A program made the position numbers and the translations under genes. The notes under the pieces were generated by a model. It was not told the DNA's origin. It made no database searches and was given only the letters and a program-made list of their open reading frames with translations. This document shows positions 11,027 through 21,246 of a stretch of DNA of 64,000 nt, piece by piece. The first letter of the stretch is position 1; each line of letters begins with the position of its first letter. Source of the DNA: Thermoanaerobaculia bacterium. GTDB lineage: Bacteria; Acidobacteriota; Thermoanaerobaculia; UBA5066. Where the stretch lies: contig JBBRRY010000018.1 of NCBI GenBank assembly GCA_038245905.1, positions 10,757-74,756 on the forward strand. The letters are read 5' to 3'.

Positions 11027-12667
11027 TCAGCTCACCGAGCCGAGCGCCTCGGCCCGACCGTCGGCGAGGATGCGAACGAGCTCGTCGCGGAAGAAGTCCG
11101 TGTCCTGGCGGACGGCGGCGGGCGTCCTTTCGTCGTAAACCTGGCGGCTCCTCTCGATATCGTCCTTGAGGCGATCGTAGAGGTCGTTCAGGCTGCGGCC
11201 TTCTTCCACCTTCTTCTCGTTGTAGAGCTTGATCTCCGAAATGAGCAGACGGGCCAGCCGGCGAGCGTCGTCGTGCGCGCGTTGCGGGCTGTCGGCGGCC
11301 GCCGCGCGACCGCGCGGAACGAAGCCTGAAATCGGCCGCACCGTAGTCGCGATATCACGCGGAGGCGTTACGGCGGAGGTCGAAGCGCGGGCGGGCTTCT
11401 GCACGGTGACGTCGCCTTCCGTGGGCGACGTCACGCGCCCGGACGCGCGCAGGGCCTCGAAAGCACCGGTGAAATCGCCGGTCGAAGCGTTGGAGAGCGG
11501 CGAGGCGAGTGATCCGGGAAGCGAAGCGGAGAGCGGGGGGGCTGGGGCCGGCGGGTGCGAGGGGGAGAACGAGGGGGCCGCCGGGAACGAGAGCGACGAC
11601 GGGAAGGAGGGAGCGGGAGGCGCGGGAGGCGCGGAAGCGGCGCCCATCGAAGGAATCTGGCTCGTGAGCCCGGGATCGGACGAGAAGGAACGAATGCCCG
11701 GTGGGACCCTGGTCTTCGCGGACTCTTCGATCGCGCGCAGTGCTTCTCCGGCGTCGGTGGAGCGCGAGCGCGAAGGAGGCAGCGAAACGGAAACGGACGC
11801 CGAGGGCTGCGGAGGAGAGGCCTCGGCTTCGAAATCGGAGATGCCCGGCGGCTGCGAAGAAGGCGCCATCGAGGGCTCGAAGCGCGCGATCGCCTCTCCC
11901 GTGGGCGTGAGCGATGGAGACGGGATCTTCTTGCGCGCGGCCAGGAGATCCACCGCGAGCCCGGTCACGAACGTGAGGACCTCGACGGCGGCCTCGTTCA
12001 GCCTGCCTTCCTCGCCCGGAAGCTCGTCGGCGCAGACGACGCCGGCGAGCCGGTCGCGGATGACCATCGGGACGAGGAGGGTGCGCGCGGGCGCCTGCCC
12101 TCCAAGAGCGAGACGGAGCGGGCCGGCTTCGCTTGGCGGCTCGGCGAGCACGGAGCGCTGCGACTTGAGCACCATGGCCACGAATGGGTCGTCCTCGCCG
12201 CCCAGGTCGAGGGAACGCACGGCCTCGTCGCGTCCTCCGGACGCGTCGAATCCGAGAGCCTTCCAGCCGGTGAGCCGGTCGTTCCGAAGGACGAGGAGGG
12301 CGACCCGCGACGCATGCGCGTTCACGCGCGTGAGAAATCGCGAGAGGACGTCGACCTGTGTGCGAGCGGACTCGATGGCGGCGAGAGAACCGCGTACGAC
12401 GGTCCAGTCGGCCTGGGGCGCGCCCGGGGCGGAGGCAAGAGCGGGCGCCGGGGGCGTGGGCGCCGCGTCTTCGAGCATCAACCCGACGATGTCCTCCGGG
12501 AGCAGCGGCTCCGCGTGCGCCGGGATCTTGTCCGACAGCGTGGTGAGGAGGACCTCGATGTCTCTCCGCGCGTCCACGAGCGACGATTTCCACGTCGCGA
12601 GGTGATCCTCGAGATGCGTGGAGAGCGATTCGATCAAGCGGCGTGTCGCTACGGGGTCGACCGACAT
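11027..12667 (-). CDS. GAF-domain protein with Pro/Ser linker and C-terminal RomX-like helical domain
   Basis: GAF signature LLVPMVIRDRLAGVVCAD; C-terminal DARRLARLLISEIKLYNE. Confidence 0.7.
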   Translation of the reverse strand: MSVDPVATRRLIESLSTHLEDHLATWKSSLVDARRDIEVLLTTLSDKIPAHAEPLLPEDIVGLMLEDAAPTPPAPALASAPGAPQADWTVVRGSLAAIESARTQVDVLSRFLTRVNAHASRVALLVLRNDRLTGWKALGFDASGGRDEAVRSLDLGGEDDPFVAMVLKSQRSVLAEPPSEAGPLRLALGGQAPARTLLVPMVIRDRLAGVVCADELPGEEGRLNEAAVEVLTFVTGLAVDLLAARKKIPSPSLTPTGEAIARFEPSMAPSSQPPGISDFEAEASPPQPSASVSVSLPPSRSRSTDAGEALRAIEESAKTRVPPGIRSFSSDPGLTSQIPSMGAASAPPAPPAPSFPSSLSFPAAPSFSPSHPPAPAPPLSASLPGSLASPLSNASTGDFTGAFEALRASGRVTSPTEGDVTVQKPARASTSAVTPPRDIATTVRPISGFVPRGRAAAADSPQRAHDDARRLARLLISEIKLYNEKKVEEGRSLNDLYDRLKDDIERSRQVYDERTPAAVRQDTDFFRDELVRILADGRAEALGSVS

Positions 12668-12718
12668 AGGTCTCCTGACGGCGCCTTGGGGCGTGGCCTT
12701 CGGCGTCGTGTTCCCGGC

Positions 12719-12724
12719 ATTATA
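12719..12724 (-). promoter_or_regulatory. -10 element for the GAF gene
   Basis: Perfect TATAAT on the minus strand about 50 nt before the ATG. Confidence 0.45.
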
Positions 12725-12763
12725 TTCGGACAGCGCGCCTTAGCGGGACACGGGCCGGGGTGA

Positions 12764-12792
12764 TTGACGCCCGCCCCAACCCGTTTTAGCAT
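12764..12792 (+). promoter_or_regulatory. sigma70 promoter of the rpsU operon
   Basis: TTGACG-17 nt-TAGCAT. Confidence 0.65.
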
Positions 12793-12865
12793 GCGGGGTT
12801 TGCCCGCGCCCTCTGAACCCCCCTTGGTTCGGGGCACTCGGGGCCGGAGAGGAGGGAGATCTTTA

Positions 12866-13072
12866 GTGCCACTGATCCACGTCAAGGAAGACGAATCGTT
12901 CGAGAACGCCCTGCGCCGCTTCAAGCGCAAGTGCGAGAAATCCGGAATCCTCTCCGAGCTCAAGAAACGTCAGCACTACGAGAAGCCCTCGGCCAAGCGG
13001 AAACGCAAGGCCATTGCCGCCCGCAAGAAAATGCTCCGTAAGTTGGCGGAAGAGCGCCGTACGGGGATGTAG
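12866..13072 (+). CDS. rpsU: 30S ribosomal protein S21
   Basis: [25 protein letters not shown]; GGAGG RBS, GTG start. Confidence 0.96.
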   Translation: MPLIHVKEDESFENALRRFKRKCEKSGILSELKKRQHYEKPSAKRKRKAIAARKKMLRKLAEERRTGM

Positions 13073-13083
13073 ATTCCCGATCC

Positions 13084-15489
13084 GTGAGTCATCCCGAACT
13101 CGACTGGCCCGGCGCGCTTCGGCTCGCCGGGCGTTTTTGTTCCACGGAGCGCGGCCGGGACCGAGTCCACGGGGCCACGCCGTCGCCGGATCCGTTCGAA
13201 GTCGTGCGCCGGCTCGCCGTCACGCGGGATCTCCTCGCGCGCCGCGCCCTTCGCCCTCCGGTCGCTCTCGGGGGGCTCGACGAGGGGGCGCCCCTCGTCT
13301 CGCGCCTCGGCCCTCACGGGCGCGCGCTTCCGCCCGAGGACCTCCTCGACCTCTTCCTCCTCGTCGAGCGCGCAGAGGGCGCGCGCCTCGCCGTGCCCGT
13401 TCCCGACCTCCCGCTCGTTACGCTTTCCGACGTGCTCTTTCCTCTCGCTTCCTTCGAAGACCTGCTCGCGGAGAGGGAGCCCACGTTCGAGCTCGACGGG
13501 CGTATCAAGGACACGGCGTCCGCGCGCCTCTACGCGATCCGCTCGTCGATCCAGAGGCTCCGGAAGGAAGTCGTCCGGAAGCTCGAGGACGTCGCTCGGG
13601 CGCATCCGGACGCGCTGACGGGCGGCTACGTGACGGAAAAGGGCGGGCGCTACTGCCTGCCCGTGCGCGCGGACCGGCGCGATCAGGTGGGCGGCCTCCT
13701 GCACGAGCGGTCGGGCTCGGGACAGACCGTCTTCGTCGAGCCGCTCCTCATCGTCGAGGACAACAACGCGCTCCAGGAAGCAGTCGAAGAAGAGCGCGAG
13801 GAGGTGCACCGCATCCTCGTCGCGCTGACGGGCCGCTTCTCGGCGCGGCGCGACGACCTCGTCGTCTCCGTGGAGGTGCTGACGGAGCTCGACGCGTATC
13901 AGGCGCGCGCGGAATTTTCGTCGCGCGTCGCGGGTGTCTTCCCGGACTTCTCGGATCGGTTTGTCCTCAGGGCCGCGCGCCATCCCCTTCTCGACCGGCG
14001 CCTCGCCGAGCTCCGGGCGGACGTCTTCGGCGAGCTCGAGGAACGGCATTCGGACGCCGTGCCGCTGGACCTCGAACTACCCGAAGGCTCGCGGCTCCTG
14101 CTCCTCTCCGGCCCGAACGCGGGCGGTAAGAGCGTCGCCATGAAGACCGCGGGCCTCTTCGCGCTTCTCGCGCAGTCGGGTTTCGCGATCCCGTGCGGCC
14201 CGGGCTCCACGCTTCCGGTCTTCGACAAGGTGCTCGTCGTCGCGGGCGACGCTCAGGACCTCCTCGGCGACCTTTCCTCGTTTGCGGCGGCCATGACGCG
14301 CACGGCCCGGGTCCTTCAGGAAGCCACGTCGAAGAGCCTCGTCCTCCTCGACGAGCTCGGCAGCGGCACCGATCCGGACGAGGGGGCGGCGCTCGCGATC
14401 GCCGTCCTGGACGAGGATCTCCTTCGCGGCGGGTTCACGATCGCGACGACGCACCTGTCGGCGGTGAAGGAGTGGGCTCAGGACAGGAGCGGCGTCCTGT
14501 CGGCCGCGATGGAATTCGACGAAAAGGCAGGCCGGCCGACGTTCCGCGTGAGGGCCGGCGCCAGCGGGCGCTCGCGGGCGCTCGCGGTCGCGGAGAAGGC
14601 GGGCCTGCCCTCGCGCGTCCTCGCCTCCGCGAAGAAACGGCTCGGCACGAAGTGGGAGGCCGCCGACGCGGCCTTGACGCGCCTCGAGACCGAGACGCGA
14701 AGAGCCCGCGAGGAAGCGGACAAGGCGAAAGCGGCGGCGGAGAAGGCGGCTGCCCGCCTCCTCGATCTCGAGAGGGAACGCGCGGCGCTCGCCGCCGAAC
14801 GGGCGAGGGTGAAGGAAAAGGCGAAGGAGCAGGTCGACAAAGCCCTCGTGACGCTGCGCGAGAAGACGCGGGCCGAGCTCGAGCGCATGCGCGAGGATCT
14901 GAAGGCGGGCCGGTCGATCACACGCGGCGCGCTCATGACCGTCACCGAGTCGGCGCGCGAGGCCGCGCTGGGTATCTTCGGCGGAGACGACGAGCCTCCC
15001 CGTCTAGCCGGTCCCGTTTCCATCGGTATGGAGGTCCGCATCGCGGGCCTCGGCGCCACGGGCCGGCTCCTCGCGCTCGCCGTGGGTCGCGGCGAGGCCG
15101 AAGTCGAGGTAAAGGGGAAGCGCGTGCGGGTGAAGCTGGAGGCGCTCTCCCCCGCGGCGGCCGTTCCGGCGAGCCTCCGCGCGGTCTCGCCGAAGGCCGC
15201 GGGCGCGGTTCGGGCCGCGACGGCCCCGCCATCCGGCGTCCTCGCGACGAGCGAGGTCGTCCTCGTCGGGCAGAGGATCGACGACGCTCTTCCCTTGGTC
15301 GAAAGGGCCATCAACGACGCACTTCTTTCGGGCAAGGGGGCGCTCCGCCTCGTCCACGGCCACGGGACGGGCCGGCTCGCGGCCGCGGTGCGGGAGTTTC
15401 TGAAGACGCATCCCGGAATCGCGTCCTATCGCTGGGGCGACGCCGAGGAGGGCGGTCAGGCCGTCACGATCGCGAGGCTGGATGTCTGA
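13084..15489 (+). CDS. mutS2: MutS2 ATPase/endonuclease
   Basis: SGQTVFVEP, GPNAGGKS, LLDELGSGTDP, coiled coil, Smr HGHGTG. Confidence 0.93.
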   Translation: MSHPELDWPGALRLAGRFCSTERGRDRVHGATPSPDPFEVVRRLAVTRDLLARRALRPPVALGGLDEGAPLVSRLGPHGRALPPEDLLDLFLLVERAEGARLAVPVPDLPLVTLSDVLFPLASFEDLLAEREPTFELDGRIKDTASARLYAIRSSIQRLRKEVVRKLEDVARAHPDALTGGYVTEKGGRYCLPVRADRRDQVGGLLHERSGSGQTVFVEPLLIVEDNNALQEAVEEEREEVHRILVALTGRFSARRDDLVVSVEVLTELDAYQARAEFSSRVAGVFPDFSDRFVLRAARHPLLDRRLAELRADVFGELEERHSDAVPLDLELPEGSRLLLLSGPNAGGKSVAMKTAGLFALLAQSGFAIPCGPGSTLPVFDKVLVVAGDAQDLLGDLSSFAAAMTRTARVLQEATSKSLVLLDELGSGTDPDEGAALAIAVLDEDLLRGGFTIATTHLSAVKEWAQDRSGVLSAAMEFDEKAGRPTFRVRAGASGRSRALAVAEKAGLPSRVLASAKKRLGTKWEAADAALTRLETETRRAREEADKAKAAAEKAAARLLDLERERAALAAERARVKEKAKEQVDKALVTLREKTRAELERMREDLKAGRSITRGALMTVTESAREAALGIFGGDDEPPRLAGPVSIGMEVRIAGLGATGRLLALAVGRGEAEVEVKGKRVRVKLEALSPAAAVPASLRAVSPKAAGAVRAATAPPSGVLATSEVVLVGQRIDDALPLVERAINDALLSGKGALRLVHGHGTGRLAAAVREFLKTHPGIASYRWGDAEEGGQAVTIARLDV

Positions 15490-17299
15490 GCCCCTCTACG
15501 ACATCACGGACGACGTCAAGCGCGACGTTCTCCAAGCCACGGATCTCGTCCAGCTCATTGGCGCGATGACGTCGCTCAAGAAGGCAGGCCGCTCATGGAA
15601 GGGCCTGTGCCCGTTCCACACCGAAAAGAGCCCGTCGTTCCACGTGCATCCCGACAAGGGTTTCTACTACTGCTTCGGCTGCGGCGCGAAGGGGGACGCG
15701 ATCACGTTCGTAAGGGAGACGGAGCGTCTCGAATTCCCGGACGCGGTGGCGTATCTGGCCCGGCTCGCGGGCATCGCGCTTCCGATGCGGCGGAGCGGCA
15801 CGCGAGTGGATCGCGGCAAGGAGACGCGTGCGGCCGAGGCGCTGAGCCTCGCGGCGGCGTTCTTCCGCACGAATCTCGACAAGCACCCGGCCGCACGGGC
15901 GCTTCTCGAGAAGCGCGGGCTCACGCCCGAGGAAGGGCACGCCCACGGCTTCGGAGCGGCCCTCGACGCCTGGGACGCCCTGAAGATCTCTCTCGCGCCG
16001 CGTGTCCAGGAAGACACCTTGATCGAGGCGGGGCTCCTTCAGAAGAACCCCGAGACCGGGCGCGTGTACGACCGCTTCCGCAACCGGCTGACGATCGAGA
16101 TCCGCGACGGGCGCGGCGAGATCCTGGGCTTCGGCGCGCGCGCGTTCGGGGACGACCAGCCCAAGTACCTCAACTCGCCGGAAACGGCGCGCTTCTCGAA
16201 GGGAAAGCTCCTCTACGGACTCGACCGCGCGAAAGAGGCGATCCGTAGAGAAGACGAGGTCATCCTCGTCGAGGGATACTTCGACCGGATCGCCTGCGAA
16301 AGGGCGGGCGCCGCGAACGCGGTCGCCTCGATGGGAACGGCGCTCACGTTGCCGCAAGTCGACCTCCTCGCGCGACAGGCTGCGACGGTCGTAGTGGCGT
16401 ATGACGGCGACGCGCCCGGCGTCGCCGCGGCGTACAAGGCGTTTCCGCTCCTCGTCGCCCGGGGAGCTCATGTTCGCCAGCTCGCACTGCCCGAGGGACA
16501 TGACCCCGACTCGTATCTCGCGGCGCACGGTCCGGAATCGTTGCGCGCCGCGATCGCGGGGGCGCCACCGCTGCTGGAGGCGCTTCTCGTCAGGATTCCA
16601 GCGGCCGCCGGCCAGGATCCGACGGAGCGGGCCGCGAGGTTGCGCGTCGCGGTGGACATCCTCTCCGTGGCGCCGGATCCGGTTCTCCGTCACGAGCTGC
16701 TTTCCGGCCTCGCGCGGGGAGCCGGCGTTCCGCTTTCGGTCCTCGCCCCGCCTCCGGGGAAGAAAACCGGCCTCTCGCTGGTTAAGCCGACGTCGGAGGC
16801 CGCGGCGCCGCGGCAATCCCTTGAGCTGCCGGAACAGGAGGCGCGTGTGCTTGCAGCACTTCTTTCTGACTGGCCGCAAAGCGCCCCTCTCACGACGAGG
16901 ATCCCTGTGGAAATTTTTTTTCATCCTGTTGCGAAAGAACTACTTATGGCTCTTAAGGAGCTCCCGGTGGGGACCGGAGCCCTTGATTTTTCGCAACTTA
17001 CGTCACATCTTGGAGCGGATGCGGGTCCCCTCGCCGCTGAGCTGCTCCTTCGACAGGGCGACTCGAGGGCAGATACCCCGGGTGAAAGCGGGCTCGGCCG
17101 AATTCATATCCCATTGCTGCAGTTGAAGATACGTTCCATGGAGGAAACCGCGAGAGGCCTCCAGCCAGAGATACAGGACGCCGCGGCGGCCGGAAACCTG
17201 GAGGGGCGCGACGCGGCTTACCGCCGCAAGCAGGCCCTCGTCGAAGAGATCCGGAGTCTGAAGGCGGAACTAAAAGCGGAAACAGCGAGACGAATTTAG
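15482..17299 (+). CDS. dnaG: DNA primase
   Basis: [40 protein letters not shown]. Confidence 0.96.
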   Translation: MSEPLYDITDDVKRDVLQATDLVQLIGAMTSLKKAGRSWKGLCPFHTEKSPSFHVHPDKGFYYCFGCGAKGDAITFVRETERLEFPDAVAYLARLAGIALPMRRSGTRVDRGKETRAAEALSLAAAFFRTNLDKHPAARALLEKRGLTPEEGHAHGFGAALDAWDALKISLAPRVQEDTLIEAGLLQKNPETGRVYDRFRNRLTIEIRDGRGEILGFGARAFGDDQPKYLNSPETARFSKGKLLYGLDRAKEAIRREDEVILVEGYFDRIACERAGAANAVASMGTALTLPQVDLLARQAATVVVAYDGDAPGVAAAYKAFPLLVARGAHVRQLALPEGHDPDSYLAAHGPESLRAAIAGAPPLLEALLVRIPAAAGQDPTERAARLRVAVDILSVAPDPVLRHELLSGLARGAGVPLSVLAPPPGKKTGLSLVKPTSEAAAPRQSLELPEQEARVLAALLSDWPQSAPLTTRIPVEIFFHPVAKELLMALKELPVGTGALDFSQLTSHLGADAGPLAAELLLRQGDSRADTPGESGLGRIHIPLLQLKIRSMEETARGLQPEIQDAAAAGNLEGRDAAYRRKQALVEEIRSLKAELKAETARRI

Positions 17300-17342
17300 A
17301 GCGCGCCGGGGACTCCCGAAAGCGTATGGAAGCGAGAAGTCG

Positions 17343-19097
17343 GTGACGGTAGAAGAAAAGCACCCCGAAGTCAGGACCCTCATCAACCTCGGCAAGGAGC
17401 GTGGGTACCTGCTCTACGACGAGATCTATCAGGCTCTGCCCGAAGAGCTCGCGAACGCGCCCGAAGAGCTCGACGAGATCTATATCCGGTTCGGCGATTA
17501 CGGCATCGAGGTCGTAGACGTTCCCGAGAAGGCGACGAAGAAGGCCGGGCCGGCCGCCGGCACCGAGACGACGGTTCCGGATCCGACGACCGTCGAGAAG
17601 ACAAACGATCCGGTGCGGATGTACCTGCGCGAGATGGGCACCGTGAAGCTGCTCGACCGCGAAGGCGAAGTTTCGATCGCACGCCGCATCGAGAACGGCG
17701 AGGCGAAGATCTACCGCGCCCTGTCGACGAACAAGGTGGTTCTCGGCGAGATCCTGAAGATCGTCGAGCAGGCCAAGAAAGACAAAAACGTCGCGCGTGG
17801 GTTCCTCGAGTTCGCCGCCGCGGCGCTCGAGGAAGCGGACGAGATCGACCCGAAGACGGCGAACCGGATCGGGTCGATCCAGAAGCACTTCGAGAAGGTC
17901 GGAAAGCTCGACGGCGAATTGCGCAAGCTTGCCGACCGAAAGCGGCCCGCGCCGAAACCCAAGAAGCTGACGGTCAAGGCCCTCGTTTCCGCCAAAGCCA
18001 AGGCGAAGGCCGTGGGGAAGCCCGTGCCGCCCACGAAGCCGCAGCCCGTCGTCGATCCCGCGATCGACCGGCGCGTCTCGGAGATCGCGCGCCTCATTCA
18101 CGCGATCGACTTCACGCCGGCGACGCTCCTGCGCATGGTGAACATGCTCAAGGACCTCGACCGGCAGTTCGCGATGCCGGAGGCCACGATCCGGCAGGAC
18201 CTCACGAACCTCAAGAAAGAGAAGAACGAAGTCCGCCGCGACTTCTACAAGCGTCGCGTCGGGAAGTACCGGCAGATGCTCAAGGACCTGGAGGAGAAGT
18301 ACCGGATCGACCACGACGAGATCAAGCGGACGATGAAGCTCATCCGCGAGGGCGAGGGCGAGGCCGACCAGGCCAAGCAGGAGCTCATCGTCGCGAACCT
18401 CCGCCTCGTCGTCTCGATCGCGAAGAAGTACACGAACCGCGGCCTCCAGTTCCTCGACCTGATCCAGGAAGGCAACATCGGCCTCATGAAGGCGGTCGAG
18501 AAGTTCGAGTACCGCCGGGGCTACAAGTTCTCGACGTACGCCACGTGGTGGATCCGCCAGGCCATCACGCGCGCCATCGCCGACCAGGCCCGCACGATCC
18601 GCATCCCGGTCCACATGATCGAGACGATCAACAAGCTCACGCGGACCCAGCGCTCGCTCGTGCAGGAGCTGGGCCGAGAGCCGACCGCCGAAGAGATCGC
18701 CAAGCGCATGGACATGCCGGCCTTCAAGGTGCGCAAGATCATGAAGATCGCGCAGGAGCCGATTTCCCTCGAGACGCCGATCGGCGAAGAGGAAGATTCG
18801 CATCTCGGCGACTTCATCGAGGACCGCCAGGTCATCTCGCCGATCGACGCCGTGATCGTCGCGAACCTGAAGGACCAGACGCGCCGCACCTTGAAGACGC
18901 TGACCCCGCGCGAGGAGCAGGTTCTCCGCATGCGCTTCGGGGTCGGCGACGGCTCGGAGCACACGCTCGAGGAAGTGGGAAAGAGCTTCAACGTGACTCG
19001 GGAGCGCATTCGCCAGATTGAAAGCAAGGCGCTCCGGAAGCTCCGGCACCCCAGCCGGGCAAAGAAACTCCGGCCCTTCGTGGACGTCGGGCAGTAA
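17343..19097 (+). CDS. rpoD: RNA polymerase primary sigma factor
   Basis: [42 protein letters not shown]. Confidence 0.97.
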   Translation: MTVEEKHPEVRTLINLGKERGYLLYDEIYQALPEELANAPEELDEIYIRFGDYGIEVVDVPEKATKKAGPAAGTETTVPDPTTVEKTNDPVRMYLREMGTVKLLDREGEVSIARRIENGEAKIYRALSTNKVVLGEILKIVEQAKKDKNVARGFLEFAAAALEEADEIDPKTANRIGSIQKHFEKVGKLDGELRKLADRKRPAPKPKKLTVKALVSAKAKAKAVGKPVPPTKPQPVVDPAIDRRVSEIARLIHAIDFTPATLLRMVNMLKDLDRQFAMPEATIRQDLTNLKKEKNEVRRDFYKRRVGKYRQMLKDLEEKYRIDHDEIKRTMKLIREGEGEADQAKQELIVANLRLVVSIAKKYTNRGLQFLDLIQEGNIGLMKAVEKFEYRRGYKFSTYATWWIRQAITRAIADQARTIRIPVHMIETINKLTRTQRSLVQELGREPTAEEIAKRMDMPAFKVRKIMKIAQEPISLETPIGEEEDSHLGDFIEDRQVISPIDAVIVANLKDQTRRTLKTLTPREEQVLRMRFGVGDGSEHTLEEVGKSFNVTRERIRQIESKALRKLRHPSRAKKLRPFVDVGQ

Positions 19098-19124
19098 GGT
19101 GTTATATTCCCGTTTCGGCCGTAA

Positions 19125-19197
19125 GGGTCCGTAGCTCAGCGGTCAGAGCCACCGGCTCATAACCGGCGGGTCCCTGGTTCGAATCCAGGCGGACCCA
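19125..19197 (+). tRNA. tRNA with CAU anticodon, probably tRNA-Ile2 (lysidine)
   Basis: Full cloverleaf, CTCATAA loop, TTCGAAT T-loop, paired G1-C72 (not initiator), located after rpoD; CCA not fully encoded. Confidence 0.9.
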
Positions 19198-19300
19198 CCG
19201 GACGATTCGATGGCGACGTGAAAGAGGGAGATTCGACATCCGGGCGCGCAGAAACACTTCCGATCCCTCGGGCGCATTCGAGCGCCGGGGGTCCGTCCAG

Positions 19301-19326
19301 ACGGGTGCCGCGTGGCACCCGTTTTT
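19301..19326 (+). terminator. Rho-independent terminator
   Basis: ACGGGTGCC-GCGT-GGCACCCGT followed by TTTT. Confidence 0.8.
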
Positions 19327-19379
19327 GCTTTTCAGGGGGCTAGCATGAAGACCGGAACCATGATGACCGGAACGAACAA

Positions 19380-20111
19380 GTGAGCGTGACGATGACGAGT
19401 CCGCTCGACAGACTATTCCTCCTCCAGGAAGTTCTTCTCGAGGTCGACGCCAAGACCCTGCGGCGCGAGCGCACGCCGGACCATCTCGTCCATATCGAGG
19501 CGGCCTATCTCGACGCCCGGCGGCAGCGCGACGACGCGGGGGCGGTCCTCTCGCAGGCCGGGGACCGCAAGAAGGTGCTCGACGGCGAGATCCAGGATTT
19601 CAACGAGCACTTGAAGAAGTACCAGCAGCAGCTGCAATCCGTAAAGACGAGCCGCGAGTACAGCGCGCTCCTGAACGAGATCGACGGCATCAAACGCGAG
19701 GTGAGAACCCGTGAGGACGAGCTCCTTTCCCTCGACGAGGCGATGGCCGGCTCCTCGACGGAGCTCAACCTTCGGGACGAGGCGTTCCCGGCCGAAGAGG
19801 CCGGCTACGAAGAGCAGATGAAGGAGTGGCGGGCCGAGCAGGCCGCCCTCGACGCCGAGATCGCCGAAGCGAATAAGAGGGTGAAGAGCCTCCGGGCCGA
19901 GCTCGAGCCGCGCCTCCTGAAGACGTTCGAGCAGATCCGGCACAAGCGGGCCGGTGTGGCCGTGGCCAGGGTCGACATGGTGGGGCCGCAGACGGCCGCC
20001 TGTTCGGCCTGTCACGTGCGCCTCAGGCCGCAGCTTCTCTCCGATCTGCGGCTTTCCAAGGAGACGGTCTTCTGCGAGAGCTGCAAGCGGATCCTCTACT
20101 GGGTTCCGTGA
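19380..20111 (+). CDS. Coiled-coil C4 zinc-ribbon protein (CT398/HP0958-like)
   Basis: REYSALLNEI, CSACH..CESCKRILY. Confidence 0.88.
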   Translation: MSVTMTSPLDRLFLLQEVLLEVDAKTLRRERTPDHLVHIEAAYLDARRQRDDAGAVLSQAGDRKKVLDGEIQDFNEHLKKYQQQLQSVKTSREYSALLNEIDGIKREVRTREDELLSLDEAMAGSSTELNLRDEAFPAEEAGYEEQMKEWRAEQAALDAEIAEANKRVKSLRAELEPRLLKTFEQIRHKRAGVAVARVDMVGPQTAACSACHVRLRPQLLSDLRLSKETVFCESCKRILYWVP

Positions 20112-20533
20112 GGCGCGCGGGAACGCTCGTTCTCTATTTCGACGGGGCTTCGCGCGGGAATCCCGGTCCCGCGTCGTACGGCGTGTGGTCGCCCGACGGG
20201 CTCCATGACGCCAAAACGCTCGGCTCCACGACGAACAACGTGGCCGAGTGGCGCGGCTTTCTCGCGGCCCTGGACCTCGCGCTCCGCGCGCTCGAATCGG
20301 GCGCGCGGGACGTCGAGATCCGGGCCGACAGCCAGCTCGTCCTCCGGCAGTTCTCCGGCGAGTACCGCATGAAGGCGCCGCATCTCGTGGGCTTCCTCGA
20401 AGAGGCCCGCCGGAAAGCGCGTCAGATTCCAAGGCTCAGCGTCGTCCATGTGCCGCGCGAGGAGAACCACGAGGCCGACGCTCTCGCGAACGCGGCTCTT
20501 GACGATGCTCTCGCCGCCGCTCGTTCGAGGTAG
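20108..20533 (+). CDS. rnhA: Ribonuclease HI family protein
   Basis: DGASRGNPG, TNNVAE, DSQLV, HVPREEN..AD. Confidence 0.9.
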   Translation: MRRAGTLVLYFDGASRGNPGPASYGVWSPDGLHDAKTLGSTTNNVAEWRGFLAALDLALRALESGARDVEIRADSQLVLRQFSGEYRMKAPHLVGFLEEARRKARQIPRLSVVHVPREENHEADALANAALDDALAAARSR

Positions 20534-20548
20534 AGAGGCACAGTCGCC

Positions 20549-21223
20549 ATGACTCGTGGCGAAGAGATTGCCGCACGCCTCGCCGACGTGACGGGGCGGA
20601 TTGCCGCGGCTGCCGTACGTTCCGGACGTAAGCCCGAAGACGTCCTCCTCGTCGTGGTGGGGAAGACGCATCCGGTCGAGGACCTTCTTGCGGCCTACGC
20701 CGGCGGAGCTCGCGCCTTCGGCGAGAACCGCGTCCAGGAAGCCGAGGAGAAGTTTCCGGGGCTGCCGCCCGATGCCTCGGGTCATCTCATCGGCCCCCTC
20801 CAGTCGAACAAGGTGAACCGTGCCGTGAAGGCGGCCGCGGTGATCCAGACGATCGATTCCGAGGACCTGGCGCGGCGCCTCGACTGCGCCGCGGCGGCCT
20901 TAGGGAAGCGCCTCGATGTGTTCGTCCAGGTGCGCCTCGGCGGGGAGGCCACGAAGTCGGGCATCGAGCCGCCCGGCGCCGCCGCACTCGTCGAGGCCGT
21001 GCGCGCGCTCCCCGCGCTCGACCTCAGGGGACTCATGACGATTCCTCCCCCCGGAAACACGCGTCCGCACTTTGCGGAGCTGCGTGAGCTCGGGAAACGT
21101 CTCGGCGTTTCCGGGCTCTCGATGGGGATGAGCGACGATTTCGAGACGGCCGTCGAAGAGGGCGCGACGCTCGTGCGGGTGGGCTCGGCGATCTTCGGAG
21201 AGAGAACGAGAGAGACTTCCTAG
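20549..21223 (+). CDS. yggS: PLP homeostasis protein YggS
   Basis: FGENRVQE, IGPLQSNK, LSMGMSDDF, VRVGSAIFG. Confidence 0.95.
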   Translation: MTRGEEIAARLADVTGRIAAAAVRSGRKPEDVLLVVVGKTHPVEDLLAAYAGGARAFGENRVQEAEEKFPGLPPDASGHLIGPLQSNKVNRAVKAAAVIQTIDSEDLARRLDCAAAALGKRLDVFVQVRLGGEATKSGIEPPGAAALVEAVRALPALDLRGLMTIPPPGNTRPHFAELRELGKRLGVSGLSMGMSDDFETAVEEGATLVRVGSAIFGERTRETS

Positions 21224-21246
21224 AAGGTGAAGAGGGGAGATCGACG

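Noticed and set aside
12866-19097. mutS2 located between rpsU and dnaG
   Set aside because: I recall similar arrangements in other lineages such as deltaproteobacteria; not novel
20534-20548. Expected rnpB after the zinc-ribbon and rnhA genes
   Set aside because: Only 15 nt separate rnhA and yggS; no RNase P RNA motif
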